The position numbers and the translations under genes are program-made. Under the pieces are notes generated by a model. It saw only the letters and a program-made list of their open reading frames with translations, was not told the origin of the DNA and made no database searches. A DNA stretch of 64,000 nt from Eledone cirrhosa (lineage: Eukaryota): assembly GCA_964016885.1 (NCBI GenBank), contig OZ024743.1:299832001-299896000 (forward strand), given 5' to 3'. Positions 16,150 to 30,595 of this stretch are shown here, piece after piece. The first letter of the stretch is position 1; the number at the start of each line of letters is the position of its first letter.

Positions 16150-16275
16150 AATTTATTGACACGTGTTTCAGTAACAGTTACATAACCTGAAAACAGCTGC
16201 GATCTACAAAGTATTAGTTATGCAGACATTCAATATTTCAATGTTATTATCAACTGTCATTTCATCAGAATAATT
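16150..16275 (-). ncRNA. Type I hammerhead ribozyme with greatly expanded stem II
   Basis: aattatt-CTGATGA-aatgacagtt-[~70 nt]-aactgttact-GAAA-cacgtg-TC-aataaatt. The core is intact, the cleavage triplet is GUC, and stem III is the palindrome ACACGTGT. Confidence 0.72.
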
Positions 16276-16429
16276 TTATTGAGACACTGTTAAATCCATT
16301 TAAATCCATTTAAATCCTTCTATTTTCTCCGGATTACTTTTGAAACTACAACTGGAACCGTCGAGCAAACTCTACGTGAGCTGTCCATCTACTGTGTGTA
16401 ATATTCATATTACAACACTACGGAAAATA

Positions 16430-16508
<79 letters not shown>

Positions 16509-17029
16509 TTTGTGTGTGGGAGTTTGTGTGTATTTTGGTGAAATTGGTGGGGCAGCAATGCGGCTGTGTATTCACCGATATCTATGTTTACGTGAGTCCA
16601 CTTGAAATTAGGGATTCGTGTGTGTGGTGTGCGAAATCTCTACACGATAAACTAGCACCGGGTCACCAAGCGTGACACACCCAACAAACCCTGCTTCCTG
16701 CTTACACCAAAACAAATATTTGAATGACCAATACGCATTTGAAACTGTACAGTGAAGGAAGTAAAAGATGACAGGATTTGAGAATATTTATCTAATGCTG
16801 AGGTTACTTGTGAAAAAGTGGATAACATTTCGGGTTACGGCCTTTTCGACGAAAGTAAAGAGTAATAGAAAGAAAGCAGAAACGCAAGAAAAAGATTTGA
16901 GTTTTATTTTTAAAACATGTTGTTTTCAAAAGGGAGATTATGTAGGGATGGAAACGTATGGAGGAAGAAATGAGGTGCGCTGTGACAGAGAGAGATGGAA
17001 AAGAGGTAAATGTGTATATGTAACCTAGG

Positions 17030-17212
17030 TGAAATGCCAGTATCGGTAGAGGGTCGGACGCTACGCTTTGACGCATAGAGTTACGGCCCTTTCCCTTCTG
17101 AGTTCAAATCCTGCCGAGGTCAACTTTGCCTTTCATCCTTACGGGGTCGATAAAATAAAGTACCAGTAATGTACTGGGTAATTGCTGGCCTTGTGCCAAA
17201 AGTAGAAACAAA
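17030..17212 (+). mobile_element. SINE (octopus-type), near full length
   Basis: Shared consensus ...cagtatcggtagagggtcggacgc...gagttcaaatcc (B-box-like)...tttcatccttacggggtcgataaaataaagtaccagtaatg...gtagaaacaa. Confidence 0.9.
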
Positions 17213-17219
17213 TATATAG

Positions 17220-17780
17220 GTATTCCCCTCCCCTTGTTTTTCATATATATTTACCTAGATTGCGATTATCTGTTTCTCTCTTTCTCTCTTACTGCTCCCC
17301 CGTTCTCTTGTTTCCCTTACCTTCTTTCGCCCCCTCTGTCAGTTACACTTTCTCTCGACTGACCTCTTCCTCGCACTTCCACTCACTCACTATCTGTTTC
17401 TCCCCTTCTCACTTCCTCCCGTTCGCTAGTAGTGAGGTTCCTTCTTTCTCACACCTCATTCACGGCGAACGGTCTGCTTCTCTGACCGCTCATGAAATTC
17501 ACCCAGCTTATGCTGAACGGATAACCATCATGTTGCTTGCTGTTTTTCCAACCTTCGGTTTGATTTTCCTTCTTGTTGTTTACTTGTCTCACTCGCTTTA
17601 CGCGTTTCACTTGTCCCAATAGCTTATTTTAGTTATTGCTCGCACCAACCTGAGGTATCTGATTTTTAATGTGATGAAATACCAATGATGGTTGGCAAAT
17701 CACTGATGAGGGACTAATTTTATAATATGTAATCCATGTGCAACCACGCAGTATTCCTCTCCCCTTGTTTTTCATATATA
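17220..17780 (+). mobile_element. Probable decayed non-autonomous PLE derivative with ~29-bp terminal direct repeat
   Basis: tattccYctccccttgtttttcatatata occurs at ~17221 and ~17753. The body is pyrimidine-rich, and CTGATGAggga at 17703 lacks a clean GAAA. Confidence 0.4.
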
Positions 17781-18217
17781 TATATATATAAATATATATA
17801 TATGGAAACAATCCCCCCCCCCCCCCTTGTAATTTCTGCTACGGATGGAATCAGTATCTCAATAACTCTTAATATTCTTTGTGGCAAAAAACAAGGTCAT
17901 GTTGATGATTTCTTCTAAGAAAAAATACCAAGATAAATATTTTTAGAATCAATCAGGGTCAACTCTAAGGTCACGCGGCCTTTCAAACCAATCCCAGCTG
18001 GTACTTGTAACCACTCATGAAAGGGCTACACACAGCATCCTGCCAACATTACTCTTCCCTCTTCTCCTCTTCCCTCTTCTCCTCTCCCCTCCTCCCTCTG
18101 TACGCTCTCCTTCAACCAAGCTATAATCAGAGTAGGACCGACAGAGAAATGACTTCTCTGAATGAACATGTATGTGGACATTAATTATTCTTCCCATTTT
18201 TATTTTTATTATTATTA

Positions 18218-18612
18218 TGTGGATTGGCAGTATCGGTAGAGGGCCGGGCGCCATGCTTTGAAGCATAGAGTTACCTCTCTTTATGATCTGAGTTCAAATC
18301 CCGCCGAGGTTAACTTTGCCTTTCATCCTTACGGGGTCGATATAATAAAGTATCAGTAATGCACTGGGATAATTGCTGGCCTTGTGCCAAAAGTAGAAAC
18401 AATTATTATTAATATGAAAGGGCGGTGAATTGGCAGTATCGGCAGAGGGTCGGACGCCATGCTTTCTAACATAGTTACGTCCCTTTACGGTCTGAGTTTA
18501 AATCAGGTTAATTTTGCCTTTCATCATTATGGGAGTCGATAAAATAAAGTACCAGTAATGTACTGTGTAATTGTTGCCCTTGTGCCAAAAGTAGAAACAA
18601 TTATTATTATTA
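18218..18612 (+). mobile_element. Two tandem SINE copies (18218-18410, 18420-18612)
   Basis: Both match the SINE consensus and end in gtagaaacaattattatt. Confidence 0.9.
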
Positions 18613-18778
18613 TCACTGTATGTACAGATATGCAACTTAACAATATTCTGCATATCCGCAATGGACAATGCATAAAATGCTGAAACCAACCTGTATTGTA
18701 AATAAATTAATGTTTTGCTATCTCACTAAAAATAAATCTCTTCAACATTTTCTACTGAATGAATCTTTTTACTTTCTA

Positions 18779-18826
<48 letters not shown>

Positions 18827-18860
18827 GATATTAATAAATGGAAACTATATTTATAAAAGC

Positions 18861-18936
18861 ATATTTATTTCATTATACATATTTCAGGGATAACAAATTA
18901 AATTATGGTATGCTTTCATCAGACAAAATACAATAT
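18861..18936 (-). ncRNA. Type I hammerhead ribozyme (family B)
   Basis: atattgtattttgt-CTGATGA-aagcatacca...tgttatccct-GAAA-tatgta-TA-atgaaataaatat. The core is intact and stem II is partly mismatched. Confidence 0.72.
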
Positions 18937-19003
18937 ATAACAGTTTTACAAATAAGCTTTGACGTACCCTATTAAAATGCAACCATTGTTTTTGGAAGTC
19001 ATC

Positions 19004-19039
<36 letters not shown>

Positions 19040-19078
19040 TACGTTCTCTAACAATATATATATATATATGTATATTAG

Positions 19079-19159
<81 letters not shown>

Positions 19160-19192
19160 TATAATATAATATATATATATATATATATATAA

Positions 19193-19279
<87 letters not shown>

Positions 19280-19368
19280 ATATATATATTATATATTATA
19301 TATATATATATACTAATATACATACATATATATATTTATATATATATATTTAGAGAACGGAATTCACT

Positions 19369-19759
<391 letters not shown>

Positions 19760-19913
19760 ATATATAATATATATATATATATATGTAGTATATATAATAT
19801 ATATATATATATATATACTAATATACATACATACTTATATATATCCACTAGAAATTGATTGACATATATAGTACAGTATATATACATGTATATATATATA
19901 TGTATGTATATTA

Positions 19914-19974
<61 letters not shown>

Positions 19975-19976
19975 AT

Positions 19977-20007
<31 letters not shown>

Positions 20008-20079
20008 GTAGTATATATAATATATATATATATATACTAATATACATACATACTTATATATATCCACTAGAAATTGATT

Positions 20080-20154
<75 letters not shown>

Positions 20155-20197
20155 TAATATACATACATATATATATATACATGTATATATACTGTAC

Positions 20198-20308
20198 TTT
20201 GCAATACACTGTATGCTTAATTAAAAGGACTTCGAAGACCTTACGCTCTAAAACAATAGCATAAGGTCTTCGAAATGCTTTTAATTAAGCATACAGTGTA
20301 TTGCAAAA
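20198..20308. repeat. Near-perfect hairpin (~50-bp arms)
   Basis: tttgcaatacactgtatgcttaattaaaag...ttcgaagacctta / taaggtcttcgaa...cttttaattaagcatacagtgtattgcaaa. Confidence 0.9.
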
Positions 20309-20358
20309 TACACTATATATATATTCATATATATATCGCTATTTTAGAGCACCAATTC

Positions 20359-20433
<75 letters not shown>

Positions 20434-20491
20434 TAATATACATACACACACACACGCACAGACATATATATATATATATATATATATAATT

Positions 20492-20786
20492 ATGTATACG
20501 TACATACATATATGTATACAGACGTACAGTAGTATGTATATATATATTCATACATGCACACAAATATATATGTACGTATGGGTTTACCGAATATTTATTA
20601 TAATGCTCGGTATATTAAATGTTCGGTAAACCCATAGGTACATATATATATTTGTGCATGTATGTATATATATATACATGCTACTGTACGTTTGTATACA
20701 TATATGTATGTACGTATACATACTTATATTTAAATAACAGCCGTACTAAGAGTGAGAAATGAAATTTCGTTTCATTTTTTCCATTT
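20492..20786. mobile_element. Family D fold-back copy
   Basis: 20492-20610 matches 50520-50640. 20616-20786 is the reverse complement of 50456-50625. Confidence 0.75.
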
Positions 20787-21345
20787 ATATATATATTTAC
20801 GCACGCATAAATTCACAAACAGGAGAGCAGACAGATATGTTTTGCACTTATAATTTATAACAAGCACACATAATATGTAAGTAAATATATACATGTACAT
20901 GCATGCTCCCGTAGCTCCCGTGGGGATCGTAGGGACTTCGTATTGACAGTCAACACTCTAGGTCATCTTAAAACCTGGTGGAGACCCAGTCCTGTAGCGT
21001 TGTGAATACAGCGGATTCCCCCCCCCAGAAAAGGTTACAGACTGAGAAACATATACAGATTAAGAATCGAGCCCAATATTAGACTGGTAATTGTTTATCG
21101 AGTTCGAATGGATTTAAGGCAAATTTGATAAAGCCAGGATATGAACATAGATAGTTCAGCGCAGAATCGAAAACAATCATATTTATAGGCTAATACGTCT
21201 TTCACCTATGCATAGCGTTCTGAAATCTTTACAACAGCAACAGGCACTGAAAGCGGGATACGTTGAAATTCCAGTGGTTCATGTAATGATTGCATAACGC
21301 ATGTGAACGGGTGACACATTCAATAAATACGTGTATATATATATA

Positions 21346-21361
21346 TATCAACTAGAAATTG

Positions 21362-21393
<32 letters not shown>

Positions 21394-23218
21394 AACATAT
21401 GAAACAATCACAGGGAATAATTTGTAAAAGTATGTAAGCACACATAGATAAGTAGGTAACTAATTAAAGTTTAACTAGAACTTTAAATATACCTTTTAAA
21501 ATGATTAATCTTCCTTGTATATATGTCATTAAAGAAATATATTTCACCATCAATCGATCGGTAAGCCACAGTAGCCAAATGCGGGATTTTCAACAAGGAA
21601 GAAGATTTAACTATCTGTGTTTACACAGAAAATTCAAATCTGTGAATGACTAGCAGCACGTGTTCATCTTTTTAAAAATACTCACATCGTACCAGCTTCA
21701 TCCCAGTGGCGTGAATAGGGTTATCTACAACTAGAAATAGCAGCCGGCTCCTTTCAACTGAGTTAGCTCTACAATTAAGGGGCCGTATATATATCCAAAA
21801 TTAAATGATAGGTGTCATGTTCGAGAGACATGCGCCATATCCACTGTAGAATATGTTCAAAGATTCCAATGAATAAATCCGAGCATTTTATATCAATCAC
21901 AATTTGGCTACTGTGCTTTACCGATCGTTTGATGGTGAAATATATTTCTTTAATGAAATATATACAAGGAAGATTAATAATTTTAAAAGTTTTTTAAAGT
22001 TCTATTTAAACATTAATTAGTTACCTACCTAGCTATGTGTGCTTACACACTTTTACAAATTATACCCTTTGATTGTTTCATATGTTTATTTTATATATAT
22101 ATATATATATATATGTCAATCAATTTCTAGTTGATATAAAATGCTCGGATCTACTCATTGGAATCTTTGAGCATATTCTACGGTGGATAAGGCTCATGTT
22201 AATTTAATTTTGGATATATATCACCTTGATCACCTTGACCGACCAGTCTGTCGGGCGTACATTCAGCGCCGCTGGTCTCAGCACGCCGTCCATTTCTCTC
22301 TGGATCGTGTATTCCTCATCCGCGTAGTCCCAATCATATTCCTAAAATCGCAACCCCACCTTCGTGGACGCCTTCCGAGTAGTCGTTTCCGCTCACGAGG
22401 GTACCACTCAGCAACAGCGCGAGTCCACCGATTATCGGTGAACCGGGCGACGTGTCCAGCCCATCTGGACGAACAGCAACCGAGAGAGCAAGCCGGCTTC
22501 CGGAAGAACTACAGCACGATGGACCATATATTTACTCTGACACAACTGCTTGAGCGAGCGAAAGAGTACAAGGTGCCTCTTTGCGTCGCATTCGTAGGCT
22601 ACGAGAAGGCCTTTGACAGCGTCGAAATCAATGCAGTGCTGAACTCGCTGCAGAGGCAAGGAGTCGAGGCGCAATACGTTCAACTGCTCAAGGAGTCGAA
22701 TTCCGGCTGCACCACCGACATAGCTCTGCTGTCATCACCCGTACGGATATATATACGGCCCCTTAATTGTAGAGCTAACTCAGTTGAAAGGACTCGGCTG
22801 CTATTTCTATTTGTCGATAACCTTATTCACGCCACTGGGATGAAGGTGGTACGATGTGTGTATTTAAAAAAAATTGCAACGCGTGCTGCTAGTCATTCAC
22901 AGATTTGAATTTTACTGTGTAAGCACAGATAGTTAAATCTTCTCCCTTGTTGGAAATCCTGCATTTGGCTACTGTGTTTTACCGATCGATTGATGGTGAA
23001 ATATATTTCTTTAATGAAATATAGACAAGGAAGATTAATCATTTTAAAAGGTATCTATATTTAAAGTTCGTTACACTTTAATTAGTTACCTACATATCTA
23101 TGTGTGCTTACACACTTTTACAAATTATTCCCTGGGGTTGTTTCATATGTTTATTTTAGATCTATATATATGTTAATCAATTTCTAGTTGATATAAAATG
23201 CTTGGATCTATTCATTGG
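21346..23218. mobile_element. Family E element: one inverted unit (21346-21898) head-to-head with ~1.5 tandem units (21903-23218), interrupted by an RTE
   Basis: 21346-21795 is the reverse complement of 22745-23195. tttggctactgtg...ggtgaaatatatttctttaatgaaat recurs at ~21904 and ~22964. The unit is about 525 bp once the RTE is removed. Confidence 0.8.
22222..22744 (-). mobile_element. RTE-clade LINE, 5'-truncated and 5'-inverted, with 10-bp TSD
   Basis: Minus 22463-22280 reads WAGHVARFTDNRWTRAVAEWYPRERKRLLGRRPRRW...EKWTAC* followed by a (tcaaggtga)2 tail. Plus 22465-22744 reads LDEQQPREQAGFRKNYSTMDHIFTL...VAFVGYEKAFDSVE. The TSD GGATATATAT lies at 22212-22221 and 22745-22754. Confidence 0.9.
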
Positions 23219-23224
23219 AGCAGA

Positions 23225-23448
23225 AACAACATCTGAATATTTCTACAAAGAATATATCCGTACCAAGCAGGAAGAAATACCTAAAACTCCTGATACGAAC
23301 CAAAGTATCGTCTTCCTGTCTTCCTTCGGTAGCAACGTTTTTCAAAATATTTACTTCTGCGTTCACAGATAGATTTTTTTAGTTTCAGAAGATCCCGTTA
23401 AGGGTGAAAGCAGCGATTCTTTGCTTAAACTTTAATCTGTTATTTTAG

Positions 23449-23452
<4 letters not shown>
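23225..23452. mobile_element. Family C (TA)n-associated element fragment
   Basis: Matches 29565-29778, 45925-46150 and 51337-51585 (shared gaagatcccgttaagggtgaaagcagcgattctttgcttaaactttaatctgttatttt). Confidence 0.75.
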
Positions 23453-23493
<41 letters not shown>

Positions 23494-23559
23494 GGATAAT
23501 TTTATAGTATCTGTTTCTGTTTTGATGTGTTTACATATGGTATTAAAGGGACCAGGACC

Positions 23560-24215
23560 AGTTGAGATGATATGGTTGTGCTGTAATGCTATTATGAGTT
23601 GCAAGCGTCATTGATTTTTGCAGTGGGCGGATAGCACAGGGAGAAAAACTTGGTGTTATCTTGAAGTAGAAACCAACATCATTAAGGAAGGTGATATAGC
23701 GTTTACGGCGCCGTTGTAGAGTTTAAAGTTCGAGTTTTTCTACTCTACCACAATAGTCAAGGGCTGTCATGCCGTCTATCTTTTTGTAAGAGACCTCTGG
23801 GGTATTGCAATTTTCATAATACTCTGTTTTGTGTTAGGCCACCACAGTTGACAACAATATTCAAGGTGGGCCTGGGCAAAAGTAGAGCACGGAAGGATGA
23901 TGGTGGTGATATCCCTCGACAGGAAACATCTAAGAATCCAGGAACACATCCCGCGAGCCATGTCATATAGGCTTTTATGTGTAGAATTTCAGCTTAGGTT
24001 GATGCCAATAGTGTCATCGATATAAATAATGAAGGGAAATGGGCTAATCACAGTACTTTGTAGGACGTCACTACTGTATTTGGTTGAGTTAGATCGCATT
24101 CCTTCGATCACAAACTGCTGGGTTCTGTTCATTAACACCAAACCATTGTAATAATTTACATGTTTGATAGTTTCTTCAACAAGACGCTGTGATGAACGTT
24201 GTCAAAGACCTCGCT
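23560..24215 (-). pseudogene. Decayed CR1-type LINE RT fragment
   Basis: The minus strand gives FDNVHHSVLLKKL, SDVLQSTVISPFPFIIYIDD (degenerate SGVPQG..LGP.LF.IYI.D) and HLEYCCQLWWP...IPQRSLTK. Confidence 0.7.
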
Positions 24216-25351
24216 GAAATCAGGATGTGTAACAACAGTGTTGGAGCCTCGCCAACAGCTTTTTAGATGTGATAAAAGTAATGCAGAAGCTGCGTTAACT
24301 AGTCTTTGCCACCATGGAACCCAGTATGACTGGAATACGGCGGATTTGTACTGTCGAGGAAGAGAGTTATTCGTGATCTCACATCTCTCTCAAATAACGT
24401 AAGGTTTTGACAGGTGGGTGAGATCGGACAGTAATTCACTGCAATTGAAAATTGGGATGACAGTCTGTGACAGACATTTGCAGGAAGCTCTTTTGATACG
24501 GGAGATGTTATTAGTATGTCATTACCTGTCACTTTACAACTGTTGATCAACGATATTTTCAAAAATTATGAAATTACTGATAGTGAAAATACATGTCATA
24601 TTTCAAACAAAAGCGTTTCCAATGTGGACATTATGATGGCACTTAGGTATATTTATTTAATAGAGAGAGTGGGACGAATATATATTTTCAAAGTGTGTTC
24701 ATATCACTAAATACGTTGGATTAACATATGTAATATGGTCTTCATGTTCAAACTCAACACAAAACGAGTGACTTCCGTTCTCTAACAATTTCACAAGGAA
24801 ATATTATGGTACATTGAATGAAGGGATCTCATTCTTTTGATCAATTAGACAAAGCTGATTGTAGAACTAGTAGAAACGGAAAATAAAGTGACATTAGTGA
24901 ATAGAATTGGCAAACCTCGGTCGTCTTCCTAAATAAATGAATATTAATACACTTCAATCATTAATGTAAGACATGTATATAAATATTGATGACATACGAA
25001 ACCAGAAATACAGAGAAGTTATAGATATATGTATGTTCATGTATATCTAATAATCAGACATATACACGCAGGCAATGATGCATACATTCACCTAAAAAAT
25101 CACTCAGAAATATACAAAGAGGTACAATTATATTTTTCATCTTACAATAATTATATGTTTTTTATCACGTATTAATACATTGCTTATGTTCTGATACTAT
25201 TTACTGTGATGCACTCATACCTCCACACCTTTTTTATATTTTTATGTGCATTGTGGTTTTATGTGTGTATGTTTATTGGTGGTCACGTGTGTATACATTT
25301 ATGTTCATATACGTTTGAGTAAATATACAAGAATGAATATATATATATTTG

Positions 25352-25420
<69 letters not shown>

Positions 25421-25423
25421 TTG

Positions 25424-25590
<167 letters not shown>

Positions 25591-26251
25591 TTTTCGTGAA
25601 CTCGTGCGCCGTTTTTTCGATACTCGATCTTTCTAATATATTTAGCTCTGGACATAGCTATCCACCAGTTAATTTTATTGCTCATTTTTTGTCGATTCTA
25701 TTGAGTGATGAATAGCTTTTGTTTTATTTTAACATGTCTATTGAGCACTCTAATTCGATATGTGTATTTCCACATTCACTCGAATTGTTTTCGCGGATAT
25801 AGGGGTTATCTCCCTTGTCTAATGCCATGTGCGTTTTTCACTGGTAGTTGGCTCCTCTACCGCCAGGAAAAAAGCTCGTTGAGAAAGTAAAACTCCGTTC
25901 CGCTTGCTCTAGTAGGCTTTTATATTTATATGTGAGCTGATAGAGTACAGTCTAAGGATTTACAGAAACCCATGAAGCTAGATTTAACACCTGTCTAGTG
26001 GGTCCGGGTATGATTTTACATTCATTTAAATTATTGACGTATTGTTTTATTGATATTTTTCATCTGTTTGTCCCGAATCTTCCTTTATCGATTTTATATC
26101 GTATGGTTGATTGTAGACTTGTTCTATATGTGACGGTATTTTAACGATAGTTATAGCTCTGATTCATCTGAATTATTGAGCCCTCTGCCGCTCATGTCGA
26201 ATCTCGTTTTTCGTGAACTCGTGCGCCGTTTTTTCGATACTCGATCTTTCT

Positions 26252-26255
<4 letters not shown>
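25591..26255. mobile_element. Non-coding element in (TA)n with ~48-bp terminal direct repeat
   Basis: ttttcgtgaactcgtgcgccgttttttcgatactcgatctttctaata occurs at 25591 and ~26208. Both flanks are long (TA)n. Confidence 0.75.
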
Positions 26256-26323
<68 letters not shown>

Positions 26324-26353
26324 ATATATATAATATATATATATATATATTAT

Positions 26354-26513
<160 letters not shown>

Positions 26514-26523
26514 TATATAGATA

Positions 26524-29310
<2,787 letters not shown>

Positions 29311-29316
29311 TTTAAA

Positions 29317-29348
<32 letters not shown>

Positions 29349-29442
29349 GTACAAATATATGTATACACAAATATATATATACATATATATAAATATATAT
29401 ACATATTCACACACATCGATATATAAATAGATACATATGTAT

Positions 29443-29778
<336 letters not shown>

Positions 29779-30024
29779 TATATATATATATATATATATT
29801 AGGTATAGGATTATCCTAGATGTAGTAATGGTTAAGGGTATTTACATTGTACATTTTAACCATTCTGCTCTGAGGATAGAGTGGTCACAGCATTTGATAT
29901 TTGAGTTCTACAAATAGTTGTAAATTTGCACATAGCATAACTAGGCTGTATTACCAGCGTGGAAACATTTGTAAGCACACGGAATAAATTACCTTTTTAT
30001 GATGTCTACCTGTTTTTATGCATT

Positions 30025-30075
<51 letters not shown>

Positions 30076-30282
30076 TATGTATACGTACATACATACATGT
30101 ATACAGACGTACAGTAGTATGTATATATATACATACATGCACACACATATATATATATATATACGTATGGATTTACCGAACATTTATTATAATGCTTGGT
30201 TTGTTTGTAAACAAACATCCTGCATTAAGCCGTACAGTGTTTATCAACCATCGTTGTCCTTTTGTTCAACATTGACGAAGGA

Positions 30283-30325
30283 ACGATGTACTAGTTTCAA
30301 GCTTATTAGCTATCATCAGCACCGT
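30283..30325 (-). ncRNA. Minimal type I hammerhead ribozyme (family D)
   Basis: acggtg-CTGATGA-tagct-aata-agctt-GAAA-ctag-TA-catcgt. It has a 6-bp stem I, an intact core and the palindromic stem III ACTAGT. It lies inside the family D copy at 30072-30372. Confidence 0.88.
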
Positions 30326-30595
30326 ATAACTTCCTGCCAGATGATTGAACGTCTGAAAGTATATACTTTCCTTATTGATATTAATAAATGGAAACTATAT
30401 TTCTAAAACCATATTTATTTTATTATATATATTTCAAGGGTACCAACATTATGGTACGATCTCAAAAGATAACATACACAATTTGTTTTATAAATGGTGA
30501 CATACCCAAGAAAACAAACTTTACCGGTTCAGCTTCAGTTCGGATACTGTCAATCCTAATAATAATAATAATAATATTAATAATAATAATAATAA

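Noticed and set aside
17030-17110. tRNA gene (gagttcaaatcc B-box-like)
   Set aside because: This is the tRNA-like head of the SINE; I found no complete cloverleaf.
19845-20085. Recurring ccactagaaattgattgac between (TA)n spacers, superficially CRISPR-like
   Set aside because: Only two copies (a local ~220-bp duplication of a family E fragment) in eukaryotic repeat DNA, with no cas genes.
22183-22908. 241-aa ORF as an intact RT gene
   Set aside because: It is a chimeric read-through of family E sequence, the antisense RTE 3' end and an inverted RT fragment.
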